The position numbers and the translations under genes are program-made. A stretch of DNA of 32,640 bases from Stellaceae bacterium (lineage in GTDB: Bacteria > Pseudomonadota > Alphaproteobacteria > ATCC43930 > CGMCC-115725): the NCBI GenBank assembly GCA_035277405.1, contig DATEKP010000081.1, forward strand, positions 1-32,640. The letters are read 5' to 3'. Below the pieces are notes generated by a model. The model worked only from the letters and a program-made list of their open reading frames with translations. It did not search any database and was not told the DNA's origin. The first letter of the stretch is position 1, and each line of letters begins with the position of its first letter. Positions 8,925 through 17,177 of this stretch are shown here, piece by piece.

Positions 8925-9875
8925 TCAAATGGCCGGCGGCGCCTGTATCGGACGCAGGATCCGCTCGTCGTAGCCGTATTTCGCAATGTAAGCGGTGCTC
9001 AATCCCAGGCATTCGGTAGAGGCGCAGCGGTCGCGGTATACGCATTGATAGAAGCCGTTGCGCATGAACTCGGGCCAGAAGGCCGGATCGACAAAAAGCT
9101 GCGGCTGCGCGTTCGAAAGAGCGGCCGCGTCCTCGCCCAACAGGCATTCCGGAAAGTTCTTGATCTCGACGCCGCGACCCAACCGCCGCGCCCGGGCGAC
9201 GGCCTCGCGCAGGTAAGGCAGGACAGCCGCGTGCGGAGCGATCAAATCCTTCTCGTCACTCTCGCTCATCGGCCAATACACCCAGAATTCCATCTGGACC
9301 AGATTGCGCAGGTGCCCGAGGCGTTCGACGATTTGCGGCAGCAGCGAGTAGTTGCGACTTGTTACGACCGAGTTGGTCAGCGTGGCGACGCCCTCGAACC
9401 GGTCGAGGATCTCAAGCCCGCGCAGCGTCTTGTCGAACGACCCGACGACGGTGGTGATCGCGTCGTGCGTCTGAGCGTCCGGACCCGCGACGCTGACAAA
9501 ATATTCATCGATGCCGGCCGCGACCAATACTTCGCTGAACCCGCGTTGCGCCAAGTGCATGCCGTGCGTTTGAATCCGCACATGCTCGAAGCAAGCGGCG
9601 CGCGCCTGTTTCGCCAGTTCGGCAAGGTCGCGGCGCAAGGTGATTTCCGATCCGGTCAGGATCAGGCCCTTCCATCGCCGGGTGCGTGCATTTTCGGCGA
9701 GGAGCGCGGCAAACCGCCCGTCCGATTCCGGCTGCAGCCGGTCCATCGTGCCTTCGATCATGCAATGGACGCAGCGCAGATTGCAGCGGAACTCCATGGT
9801 CATCGAGACATAGTCGCGATGATCGAAGTTGTGCAGCGCTGCCGGGCGCGGCGCTGCTTCAGCTCTGACGGACAT
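8925..9875 (-). CDS. Radical SAM enzyme with extra C-terminal cysteine cluster
   Basis: 316 aa. Canonical CxxxCxxC motif: FRCNLRCVHCM (C31, C35, C38; 9762..9785). A GSE-type SAM-binding stretch follows: LILTGSEITL. C-terminal cysteines C243, C278, C284 and C289 (QCVYRDRCASTEC, 9009..9044) may bind an auxiliary cluster. Confidence 0.9.
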   Translation of the reverse strand: MSVRAEAAPRPAALHNFDHRDYVSMTMEFRCNLRCVHCMIEGTMDRLQPESDGRFAALLAENARTRRWKGLILTGSEITLRRDLAELAKQARAACFEHVRIQTHGMHLAQRGFSEVLVAAGIDEYFVSVAGPDAQTHDAITTVVGSFDKTLRGLEILDRFEGVATLTNSVVTSRNYSLLPQIVERLGHLRNLVQMEFWVYWPMSESDEKDLIAPHAAVLPYLREAVARARRLGRGVEIKNFPECLLGEDAAALSNAQPQLFVDPAFWPEFMRNGFYQCVYRDRCASTECLGLSTAYIAKYGYDERILRPIQAPPAI

Positions 9876-9928
9876 GGTCGGGTACCGCCGTCGCCGGTGG
9901 GGCTTCCGCGTGGCGCGTTCGGTTCCGA

Positions 9929-10801
9929 TCAGAGGAGGCCATAAAAGGCGCTCTTCGTTACCCTTACCATGCCGGCTTCCACGACATAGTCGATCCCGAC
10001 ATCATACAGCAAATGGTCGAGATCATCGCGATGATCGCGCACAAACGCGACGAGATCGGAGGGAAACCGCTCCTGCTCCACAAACCCGATCAGCCCGGCC
10101 ACCGGAATGCGCGAGAAATAGACGCCGTCGCCGAACCTCTTGTTCGCAACAACGATGACGGCACAATCCAGCAGCTCGGGCCGCAGCACCGCATTGAGCG
10201 GATAACCGCCGAGATCGTGGTGAACCGAGCAACCGACCTTGGCGGCAACGTCGTCCATCTCGCGTCTCGCGTCGAAGAAGTAATATAGATTGGCAAGTCG
10301 CAAGCCAGACGCCGATTGCTCATAGCAGATGCCAGAGGAGACGCTGCTGCCGGGATTGCCTATATAAATGTTTATGGTATCGAGCGGACGCTCGCCGGCG
10401 ACGATCTCTTCGTCCAGATCGATCGAAAACATGAAATAGGGCCGCCCCTCCAGAGGCGGCAGGGCGCAGCGGACCAGCGGCGCCAGGATCGCGCGAACCC
10501 GCGTGATCGAGACCGCACGCTGCAGCCGCGCATAATCGTAAAAGTAGAATTCGAAGCGGAGCCGGCCGCCGAAATTCTTCACCCCGAAAACGGTCTGCCC
10601 GGGTCCTAACGCGTCGCGCAGCGCTCGGCACGCGGCGGCCAGACGCGGCATGCCGCCGGCGGCCTCCATCGACTGCCACAGCAAGTTGGCGCCGCGCAGC
10701 TTGCCGGCAGCGGGCGACAGGGGCCGGTAATCCCACAGGCAATAGTCGGCGTAGCGGTCGTGCGGCGCCGTCCGCTCGAGTGGCGGGGCAGCCCCAGTCA
10801 T
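9929..10801 (-). CDS. Hypothetical protein (290 aa), no recognised family
   Basis: An internal ATG at 10801 lies 10 nt after the upstream stop; the track start at 10963 would overlap the upstream gene. The product is MTGAAPPLERTAPHDRYADYCLWDY... It has repeated aromatic beta-strand-like motifs (RLRFEFYFYDY, YFMFSIDL, INIYIGN, LYYFFDA, VYFSRI) and ends SAFYGLL. Confidence 0.7.
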   Translation of the reverse strand: MTGAAPPLERTAPHDRYADYCLWDYRPLSPAAGKLRGANLLWQSMEAAGGMPRLAAACRALRDALGPGQTVFGVKNFGGRLRFEFYFYDYARLQRAVSITRVRAILAPLVRCALPPLEGRPYFMFSIDLDEEIVAGERPLDTINIYIGNPGSSVSSGICYEQSASGLRLANLYYFFDARREMDDVAAKVGCSVHHDLGGYPLNAVLRPELLDCAVIVVANKRFGDGVYFSRIPVAGLIGFVEQERFPSDLVAFVRDHRDDLDHLLYDVGIDYVVEAGMVRVTKSAFYGLL

Positions 10802-10811
10802 CGGGTTGGAC

Positions 10812-11609
10812 TCAATGAGCTTCGACTCCGTAGTAGAAGGTGACGAACTCCGCGCCGTCGCGCCCGATCCCGGCGGAGAGATGGCCGAGCGCGACGCTTC
10901 CGGCGCCGCCGAAGACCGGCGTTCCCTGCGACGGCGGCACCGCGAAATCGTCGAGCGCCGCATCGATCACATCACACACCTGGGCGAGGCACAGCCCGGC
11001 GTCATAGACGTTGAGATCACAGGATTGCCGCGGGTTTCCCGGCTCTTCAACCAGCATCATCAGCAGGCGCCCAGCCTCGGCCAAAGCGGCGACCCGGTCG
11101 AGCAGGCCGAGCGCGCAGCGCAGCGCCCGCGGCGCCTCCGCCGCCGGCAGAAGGACGCGCAGCCTCGCCTCGACAGCGTGACGAGTGCGGCAGTGAACCC
11201 AGCTGTATCGTGTCACGGAGCCCCCGCCGGGCCCTCTTACCGGCCACTTATACGCAAGGTGGACGAGCACGGAGCCGCCGTTCGCGGTCGCAATCGCGCG
11301 CCGCGCCGCGCCGGCATATTCGAAATAAATCTTCCGCAGCTCGAAACCCGGCCCGGCCTCGTGTCCGAAATGAACGAACTCGGCGTCATCGAATGCCCGC
11401 GGCAACTCATCCGCGAACTCGGCCGGGATTTCCAGCTCGCGGCCGATCCGGATCAGCCGGTCGAGCGGCGCCGGGCCCAGACCTGCCCGGTGGATGCTGA
11501 GCAGGCAGCGATCCGCCAGCACTGCGCCCGGCACGATCTTCACGGATTTTTCCATGCCGTAGGGTGCGCCCAGTTGCGCCACAAGCCTGACCAAATCCTC
11601 GGCCGGCAT
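10812..11609 (-). CDS. Hypothetical protein (265 aa), possible distant paralogue of the 9929..10801 product
   Basis: The ATG overlaps the halogenase stop (TGATG at 11611..11607). It contains FVHFGHEAGPGFELRKIYFEYAG, comparable to VFGVKNFGGRLRFEFYFYDYA in the neighbouring protein, and ends FVTFYYGVEAH. No known motif is recognised. Confidence 0.7.
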   Translation of the reverse strand: MPAEDLVRLVAQLGAPYGMEKSVKIVPGAVLADRCLLSIHRAGLGPAPLDRLIRIGRELEIPAEFADELPRAFDDAEFVHFGHEAGPGFELRKIYFEYAGAARRAIATANGGSVLVHLAYKWPVRGPGGGSVTRYSWVHCRTRHAVEARLRVLLPAAEAPRALRCALGLLDRVAALAEAGRLLMMLVEEPGNPRQSCDLNVYDAGLCLAQVCDVIDAALDDFAVPPSQGTPVFGGAGSVALGHLSAGIGRDGAEFVTFYYGVEAH

Positions 11610-13132
11610 CAGAGAGCCACCCGATGCAGTTGAGCGAGATGTGCCTTGTGGTCCGCCATCCGGGCGGCAACATCGCGATTTTCCGCCCTGATTCGGTCGA
11701 GCAGCTGCCAGACCTCGGCGGGGCGCGCGATCTCGGCCTCGACGATCAGCCGTCGCGGCAGCCGCTCGTTTCCGGCAAGAATGTAGAAATAGCTGGGCTC
11801 CGGAAACAGTTCCCGCACCGGGGTTTCAATGCGTCCGGTTTGGTCGTAGAGCGCCATCCTTTCGGCAAGGCTTTCGGGCAGGCTGACGCTGCGTGCATCG
11901 CGCCAAAACTCCTCGTCGCGCTGGGCCAGGACATAGTGCAATATGATGAAATCGCGCACCTGATCGTAGACTGCGCTCATCTGGTCGTTGTAGGCACGGC
12001 GCAGCGCCTCGTCAAAATCCCGATCCGGCCAATACTTGATCAGCAGTTCGACCGCTTTCTGGATCAGGTGAATGCCGGTCGATTCCAACGGTTCGACAAA
12101 ACCGGAAGAGAGCCCGACCGAGATGCAGTTGCGCACCCAGAACTCGGCGCGCCGACCGATGCGTATTTTCAGAAGCCGCGGATCAGCAGAGCGCTCTTTC
12201 ATTCCGGATTGCCGGATCAGCGCGGCGACCGCGGCCTCGGCCGAGATGTGAGCGCTCGAAAATACGTACCCGGTGCCGGTCCGGCTGTTCAACGGTATGC
12301 GCCATGTCCAGCCCGCGGGCATCGCCGTGGCGAGCGTATAGGGCGGAAACCGGTCGCCGCGCGGCAACGGCAACGCAACCGCGCGGTCGCACAGCATCAA
12401 ATGCGACCAGTCGATCCATTTTGCGCCGAGAGCCTGCTCGATCAGTCGTCCGGTAAACCCGGTTGCATCGATAAACAGGTCCCCGCCGAGCGTGCGATCG
12501 CCGCCGATGTCCAAGCCGGTAATATTGCCACGCTCGTCGAGCGTCACCTCTTTGACTTCGCCGAACAGGTGCTGAACGCCCTCGCCGGTCGAGATCTCGC
12601 GCAAATAGGCGGCGAAGGCGCTCGCATCGAGGTGATATGCATAGCTGCCCGTCTGCTCGATGATCGAGGTGCCGCGAGCCGGCTTCGGCGATTTCTCCAA
12701 TTCGCAGAGCCGCGCCTGCAGCGAATATTCCGAATAGGCAAGGCGACTGGCCGCCTCGACCCGCCGCTTCCGCCAGTAATGGAACAGGTCAAGCCCATTG
12801 ATCTGGGCGCCGCATAGCCCGAAGGCGTGCCAGTACGTGAAGTCTTGCCGCAACCAGCCGTCGAACCGGATAGCCAGCTTGTAGGTGGCCGAGCATCGGC
12901 GCATGAACTCCTGTTCGTCCAGGTTCAGCGCACGCACGAACTGCACCAGGCTCGGGATTGTCGCCTCGCCGACCCCGATTGTGCCAAGCGTCGGGGATTC
13001 TACCAGCACCACCTGGCACCCCAGCCGTCGCATGAAGCGGTTGAGATAAACCGCGGTAATCCATCCCGCCGTGCCGCCGCCGACAATGACGACGCGGTGA
13101 AGCCGCTGCGGCTGATCTGCGGCAGGCAGCAT
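11609..13132 (-). CDS. Flavin-dependent tryptophan halogenase family protein
   Basis: 507 aa. Motifs: VIVGGGTAGW (GxGxxG, 13064..13081), GVGEATIP, the lysine context ATYKLAIRF (K85), GWTWRIP (WxWxIP, 12293..12310) and GFVEPLESTG. A strong AGGAG lies 6 nt upstream of the ATG and overlaps the stop of the preceding gene. Confidence 0.92.
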   Translation of the reverse strand: MLPAADQPQRLHRVVIVGGGTAGWITAVYLNRFMRRLGCQVVLVESPTLGTIGVGEATIPSLVQFVRALNLDEQEFMRRCSATYKLAIRFDGWLRQDFTYWHAFGLCGAQINGLDLFHYWRKRRVEAASRLAYSEYSLQARLCELEKSPKPARGTSIIEQTGSYAYHLDASAFAAYLREISTGEGVQHLFGEVKEVTLDERGNITGLDIGGDRTLGGDLFIDATGFTGRLIEQALGAKWIDWSHLMLCDRAVALPLPRGDRFPPYTLATAMPAGWTWRIPLNSRTGTGYVFSSAHISAEAAVAALIRQSGMKERSADPRLLKIRIGRRAEFWVRNCISVGLSSGFVEPLESTGIHLIQKAVELLIKYWPDRDFDEALRRAYNDQMSAVYDQVRDFIILHYVLAQRDEEFWRDARSVSLPESLAERMALYDQTGRIETPVRELFPEPSYFYILAGNERLPRRLIVEAEIARPAEVWQLLDRIRAENRDVAARMADHKAHLAQLHRVAL

Positions 13133-13141
13133 GCGTTCTCC

Positions 13142-14209
13142 TCAAGCCGGCCGGTGCGCGGTTATCAGATGAAATTCCATGTCCAACTCGATTGCGCAAT
13201 GGTCGATGGCTTCGAAGCCGACCTCGGCGAGAGTCGTCAGATAAAGCTCCGCCGGCCTCAGGAAATGGACGAAGGCGAGCGCCGGGAAAAGCGCGTACGG
13301 CAGCCGCCGGCCGGCAAGATTGATCGGCGCGCGTTCGAAGATGACGAGCTTTCCGCCGGGCCGGACGGCGAGGTGCGCGCGCTCAATCAGCTGACGCGCG
13401 TCCGCGTCCGGCCAGTCATGCAGAACCGACTTGAACGACACCAGGTCGGCCGGAGACGGCAGCGGGCCGGTTCGCATATCGCCGGGGAAGAAGCCGATCC
13501 GCCCCGCCAGGCGTGGGCCGGCAGACCGTGCGATATGCTGCCGCCCAAGTTCGCAGACCACAGGCAGATCCAGTACGGTTGCCTGCAGCGAAGGGTTTCG
13601 CCGGCAGGCCTGAAGCGCGAACTCACCGGTGTTGCCGCCGAAATCGATCAGGCGCTCGACGTCGTCGATGCCGATCATATCGAGTGCCGGGGCAGCCTCA
13701 TACTTCGTCAGGCAGGTGGTAAATTGCGTCCAGGCGCGCGTCGCCTCCAGGTTTTCCGCGGTAATCTCGAAGCATCTGTCATAGCGGAACAGCTCGAATA
13801 CCTTCGAGCGCGCCATGAAACGCGGAAGGTCGGTCAGCAACGGCGTGAACAGCTCGTGGATATCGGGCCAAACCAGATCAGCGAAGGCAATCCTGCATTC
13901 CAACAGATCGCGGAAGCGAAGCCCCGCCTCGAATTCCGTGGTCAGCGCCACGACGTCGCCGGCACGTACAAGCACCGCATTCGACGCGAGCAAGTCTGAC
14001 AGAAGCCCGAGCCCCGCTGGACTGACGCGAAGCTCACGGCCCAAAACCGCCAGCGGGGTTGCCCCATTGCGCTGCAAAAAATCCACAAGGCCGAGTTCGA
14101 GGCCGCTCTTCAAAGCGCGCGCGTCGATTTCGCTGCCGAGGAAGGCGTTCACCTGCAGGAAGTCGAGATTGGCCGGCTGCACCAGCTGCCGCGCGCACCC
14201 CGGCAGCAT
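13142..14209 (-). CDS. O-methyltransferase family 2 (COMT-like, with N-terminal dimerisation/winged-helix region)
   Basis: 355 aa. SAM motif: LIDFGGNTGEFA. Also ATVLDLP, FFPGDM, and SVLHDWPD in the catalytic His region. The ATG overlaps the upstream stop by 1 nt (TAATG at 14211..14207). Confidence 0.88.
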   Translation of the reverse strand: MLPGCARQLVQPANLDFLQVNAFLGSEIDARALKSGLELGLVDFLQRNGATPLAVLGRELRVSPAGLGLLSDLLASNAVLVRAGDVVALTTEFEAGLRFRDLLECRIAFADLVWPDIHELFTPLLTDLPRFMARSKVFELFRYDRCFEITAENLEATRAWTQFTTCLTKYEAAPALDMIGIDDVERLIDFGGNTGEFALQACRRNPSLQATVLDLPVVCELGRQHIARSAGPRLAGRIGFFPGDMRTGPLPSPADLVSFKSVLHDWPDADARQLIERAHLAVRPGGKLVIFERAPINLAGRRLPYALFPALAFVHFLRPAELYLTTLAEVGFEAIDHCAIELDMEFHLITAHRPA

Positions 14210-15171
14210 TACGGAATCCGATCTTTCGGGCTCTCGGCGTCGTCGGCCGAACGCTCGGGCAGGTCGAAGGCGACCCGGCAGCGCAGGCCCGCCGGCACCT
14301 CATTGTCGGGGTTCGGCAGTTCGAGCCTGACGCCGAACGTGCCGCTCGCCGCATCGAAGACCTGGTCAACAACGGTCACCTTCGCCTTGCGGTCGCCACC
14401 GAACGGATCGTTCGGATGAACCGCCGCGATTTCGCCGATCTTGATGAATTTGTAATAGCGAACCGGCAGGTACGTCTCGACATTGAGCGGATTGATCTGT
14501 GCGATCGAGACGATCGTCGCTTCCTGATTGACGAATTCGCCCGGGCCGAGCGAGCGCTTCGTGACGACGCCGTCAATTGGGCTGCGGATTGTCCGCAGCG
14601 CCAGTTCGGCCTCAGACCGCGTCAGCTCGATCTGTGCCATGCGATGATTCAGCATTCCGAGCGCGAGTTCCTGTGTCGCCACATTGTATTCTGCCTTGGC
14701 GTTATCGACGTCCTGAACACTCGCCACGTGTTGCTGCTGCAACTCGAGCTTGCGCTTCAGGACAGCCTCCTTCTGGGTCAGCACCGCCTGCTTGGCCTGG
14801 ATTTCGGCGGTACTGTCGCCGCGCGCTTTGTTGGCGGCGACGACCGCCTGTTCGACGTCGGATTGCAGATGCGCGACGATCTGGCCCTTCTTGACGGTAT
14901 CACCGCGATCGACATTGACGCTGTCGAGTATGCTCGACACCGAGCTGCCGAGCTTCAGGCTGAGTGACGGCTCCGTCACGCAATCGAAGCTGGTCGCAGC
15001 GGCATTGGCGCCGCGCGCAAGGCCGGCGGCGCACACAAGCAGCAAGCCGCCGCGAAAGAGCACACGACCGCCGAGCATCGCGGCCTTACCAAAGACGTTC
15101 ATTCGCGATCCAACAAAAGGGATGGCAGAGCCGCCGCGGCGACCCGGCGGGGCTGGGCGGTGGCGTGTCAT
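14209..15171 (-). CDS. HlyD / RND-adaptor type periplasmic membrane fusion protein (MFP)
   Basis: It has an N-terminal anchor or signal (MNVFGKAAMLGGRVLFRGGLLLVCAAGLARG), a lipoyl-like motif (VDRGDTVKKGQIVAHL), a coiled-coil stretch, then RSPIDGVVTKRSLGPGEFV. Start 15171 forms an ATGA overlap with the SecA-like stop. ATG 15102 is an alternative start. Confidence 0.85.
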   Translation of the reverse strand: MTRHRPAPPGRRGGSAIPFVGSRMNVFGKAAMLGGRVLFRGGLLLVCAAGLARGANAAATSFDCVTEPSLSLKLGSSVSSILDSVNVDRGDTVKKGQIVAHLQSDVEQAVVAANKARGDSTAEIQAKQAVLTQKEAVLKRKLELQQQHVASVQDVDNAKAEYNVATQELALGMLNHRMAQIELTRSEAELALRTIRSPIDGVVTKRSLGPGEFVNQEATIVSIAQINPLNVETYLPVRYYKFIKIGEIAAVHPNDPFGGDRKAKVTVVDQVFDAASGTFGVRLELPNPDNEVPAGLRCRVAFDLPERSADDAESPKDRIP

Positions 15172-17177
15172 TCGGGCATTCCGGAAAAGGCCAGGGTCTT
15201 CGTTTGCCATTGATCGGAACGCAGCAGATCCGCCCGCATGCGGGCATGCAGCCGTTCCGCTCGCCGTTGCGCGTAATGCGAGGCTCCGCTGCCGACCCAG
15301 GCACCCAGCACGCGGGCCGCGACTTTTGCGATGCCAGAGAGGGCGATGCCGGTTTCGGTATCCATCAGCGGGTCCTCCAGCGACAGGATCGCCTCGAAAG
15401 ACCCCGGCTGTCCCTGGCGGCCTGCGCGCCCGGCGAGTTGCAGGTCAATCCGCCGCGCGTCATGGCGCTCGGTCATGATGACGTGCAGTCCGCCAAGCTC
15501 TTCGATCCCCTCGCCGAGATGGATGTCGGTGCCGCGGCCAGCCATGTTGGTTGCGACCGTGATGCGCCCCCGCTTGCCGGCCTCGGCGACGATCTCGGCC
15601 TCGCGCTTGTCCTGCGTCGCGTTGAGCACGGTGTGGGGCAGCCCGGCGGCATTCAGCGCCAAACTGGCGCGTTCGGAACTGGTGACCGAGCGTGTCCCGA
15701 TCAGGATCGGTACTCCGAGCTTATGCAGTACGGCGACGCGTGCCACGATGGCTCGCCACTTCTCCTCCTCGGTCGCGAGGACCACCTCGGGGCGGTGAAG
15801 CCGGCGCACAGGCTTCGCGGTCGGAATGGCAACGACCGGACGCCGGTAGACCCGCCAGAGTTCAGCGGCGACCGGCAGCAGCGTTCCACTCATTCCGGCG
15901 AGCCGTTGGTATCGCCGGAAGAAGCGCTGGTAAGTAATGCGCGCGATCGTGGTACGCCGAACGGACAGCTCGCAGTTTTCCTTGTGCTCGATCATCTGAT
16001 GCAGCCCGTCGCTCCACGAGCGGTCCGGCATGATGCGCCCGGTATATTCGTCGACGATGCACACCTTGCCGTCGGCAACCACGTAGTGCTCGCCGCGGTT
16101 GAAGAGATGAAGGGCCGCGAGGGCCTGGCGCGCGAGCTCCTCACGGCTCACGATACTGTGCCAATGGCCGCCGAGGCCTTCGGCGAAGGCGGTGATGCGA
16201 TCCTGCCCGGCGACGGTCAGGTGAACACGGCGCTCCTCGTTCGACGCGATGAAATCGGTGTTCGCGTCGAGCGAGCCGGCCAGCCGCAGCGCCGCGGCCA
16301 CGGTGTCGGCATCGAGCACATTGTCGGCCGCGCCGGAAATGATCAGCGGCGTTCTCGCCTCATCGACGAGCACGCTGTCGGCCTCGTCGACGAGGGCGAA
16401 GTGCAGACCCCGCAGGCGCAACTGCCGTGCCCGCGGCGTCGAGCTGTGCAGCGCCTCGACCTTCAGCGGCAGGTCGCCGGCCGCCTGGCCGAGGACCATG
16501 CGGTCCCGCAGATAGTCGAAGGCGAGCTCTTTGTTCGTGCAGTAGGTGATGTCGCAAGCATAGGCCGCCTGACGCTCGGCGGTGGTCTGGCCGCCGACGA
16601 CGATCCCGACGCTGAGGCCGAGGCTGGCGTAGAGCGGCCCCATCCATTCGGCATCGCGGCGCGCCAGGTAATCGTTGACGGTGACGACGTGGATCGGGAT
16701 GCCGGCCAACCCGGCCGTGCCGGCAACTAAGGTCGCGGTCAGCGTCTTGCCCTCGCCGGTCGCCATCTCGGCGAGCATGCCCCGCACCATGGCAAACGCA
16801 CCGACGAGCTGAACGTCGAAATGGCGCTGACCCAGGATTCGGCCCGACAGTTCACGAATCAACGCGAAGGCGCGGGCGGCCTCAGCATCGGGAAAGCCGT
16901 GCCGGCGCCGCAACGCGGCCGCAGTGTCGCGGATCGCCGCCGGAAACGCTTCGCCCGGCAACACCCGAAGCTCCGCCGCGTGGGCCTCGACGAGCGGCAG
17001 AATGCGCGTGAGGCGATGCATGCGCCAGCGCGCTGTCCGAGCTATCAGCTGCGCCTGGCCGGCGATCAGCGCGCCTTCCAGCGCGCTCTCCCGCCGTTCG
17101 GGCGCGTCGGCGTAGATGCGTTGGCGCGGCAATGCGACAGGATCGGCCGCGGTGCCCCAGGCAATGGCGCTAGACAC
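15168..17177 (-). CDS. Truncated SecA-like ATPase (NBD1, preprotein cross-linking domain and NBD2 only; no helical scaffold/wing or C-terminal tail)
   Basis: Motifs: HFDVQLVGAFAMVRGMLAEMATGEGKT (Walker A, 16743..16766), VVTVNDYLARRDAEWMGPLY, VDEADSVLVDEARTPLIISG (16332..16391), TNMAGRGTDI, and GGLHVIMTERHDARRIDLQLAGRAGRQGQPGS. Only about 60 aa follow the last motif. The start is uncertain: GTG 17177 overlaps the upstream stop by 8 nt, and TTG 17132 and ATG 17021 are alternatives. Confidence 0.85.
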   Translation of the reverse strand: MSSAIAWGTAADPVALPRQRIYADAPERRESALEGALIAGQAQLIARTARWRMHRLTRILPLVEAHAAELRVLPGEAFPAAIRDTAAALRRRHGFPDAEAARAFALIRELSGRILGQRHFDVQLVGAFAMVRGMLAEMATGEGKTLTATLVAGTAGLAGIPIHVVTVNDYLARRDAEWMGPLYASLGLSVGIVVGGQTTAERQAAYACDITYCTNKELAFDYLRDRMVLGQAAGDLPLKVEALHSSTPRARQLRLRGLHFALVDEADSVLVDEARTPLIISGAADNVLDADTVAAALRLAGSLDANTDFIASNEERRVHLTVAGQDRITAFAEGLGGHWHSIVSREELARQALAALHLFNRGEHYVVADGKVCIVDEYTGRIMPDRSWSDGLHQMIEHKENCELSVRRTTIARITYQRFFRRYQRLAGMSGTLLPVAAELWRVYRRPVVAIPTAKPVRRLHRPEVVLATEEEKWRAIVARVAVLHKLGVPILIGTRSVTSSERASLALNAAGLPHTVLNATQDKREAEIVAEAGKRGRITVATNMAGRGTDIHLGEGIEELGGLHVIMTERHDARRIDLQLAGRAGRQGQPGSFEAILSLEDPLMDTETGIALSGIAKVAARVLGAWVGSGASHYAQRRAERLHARMRADLLRSDQWQTKTLAFSGMPE

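Noticed and set aside
10274-10380. AT-rich patches (GAAGAAGTAATATAGATTGG at 10274..10293; TATATAAATGTTTATGGTAT at 10361..10380) considered as a sign of foreign DNA or a promoter.
   Set aside because: They lie inside the 9929..10801 ORF and encode the Tyr/Ile/Asn/Phe-rich strands NLYYFFDA and INIYIGN. The AT richness follows from the amino-acid composition. I cannot compute a reliable GC-skew or codon-bias statistic by eye.
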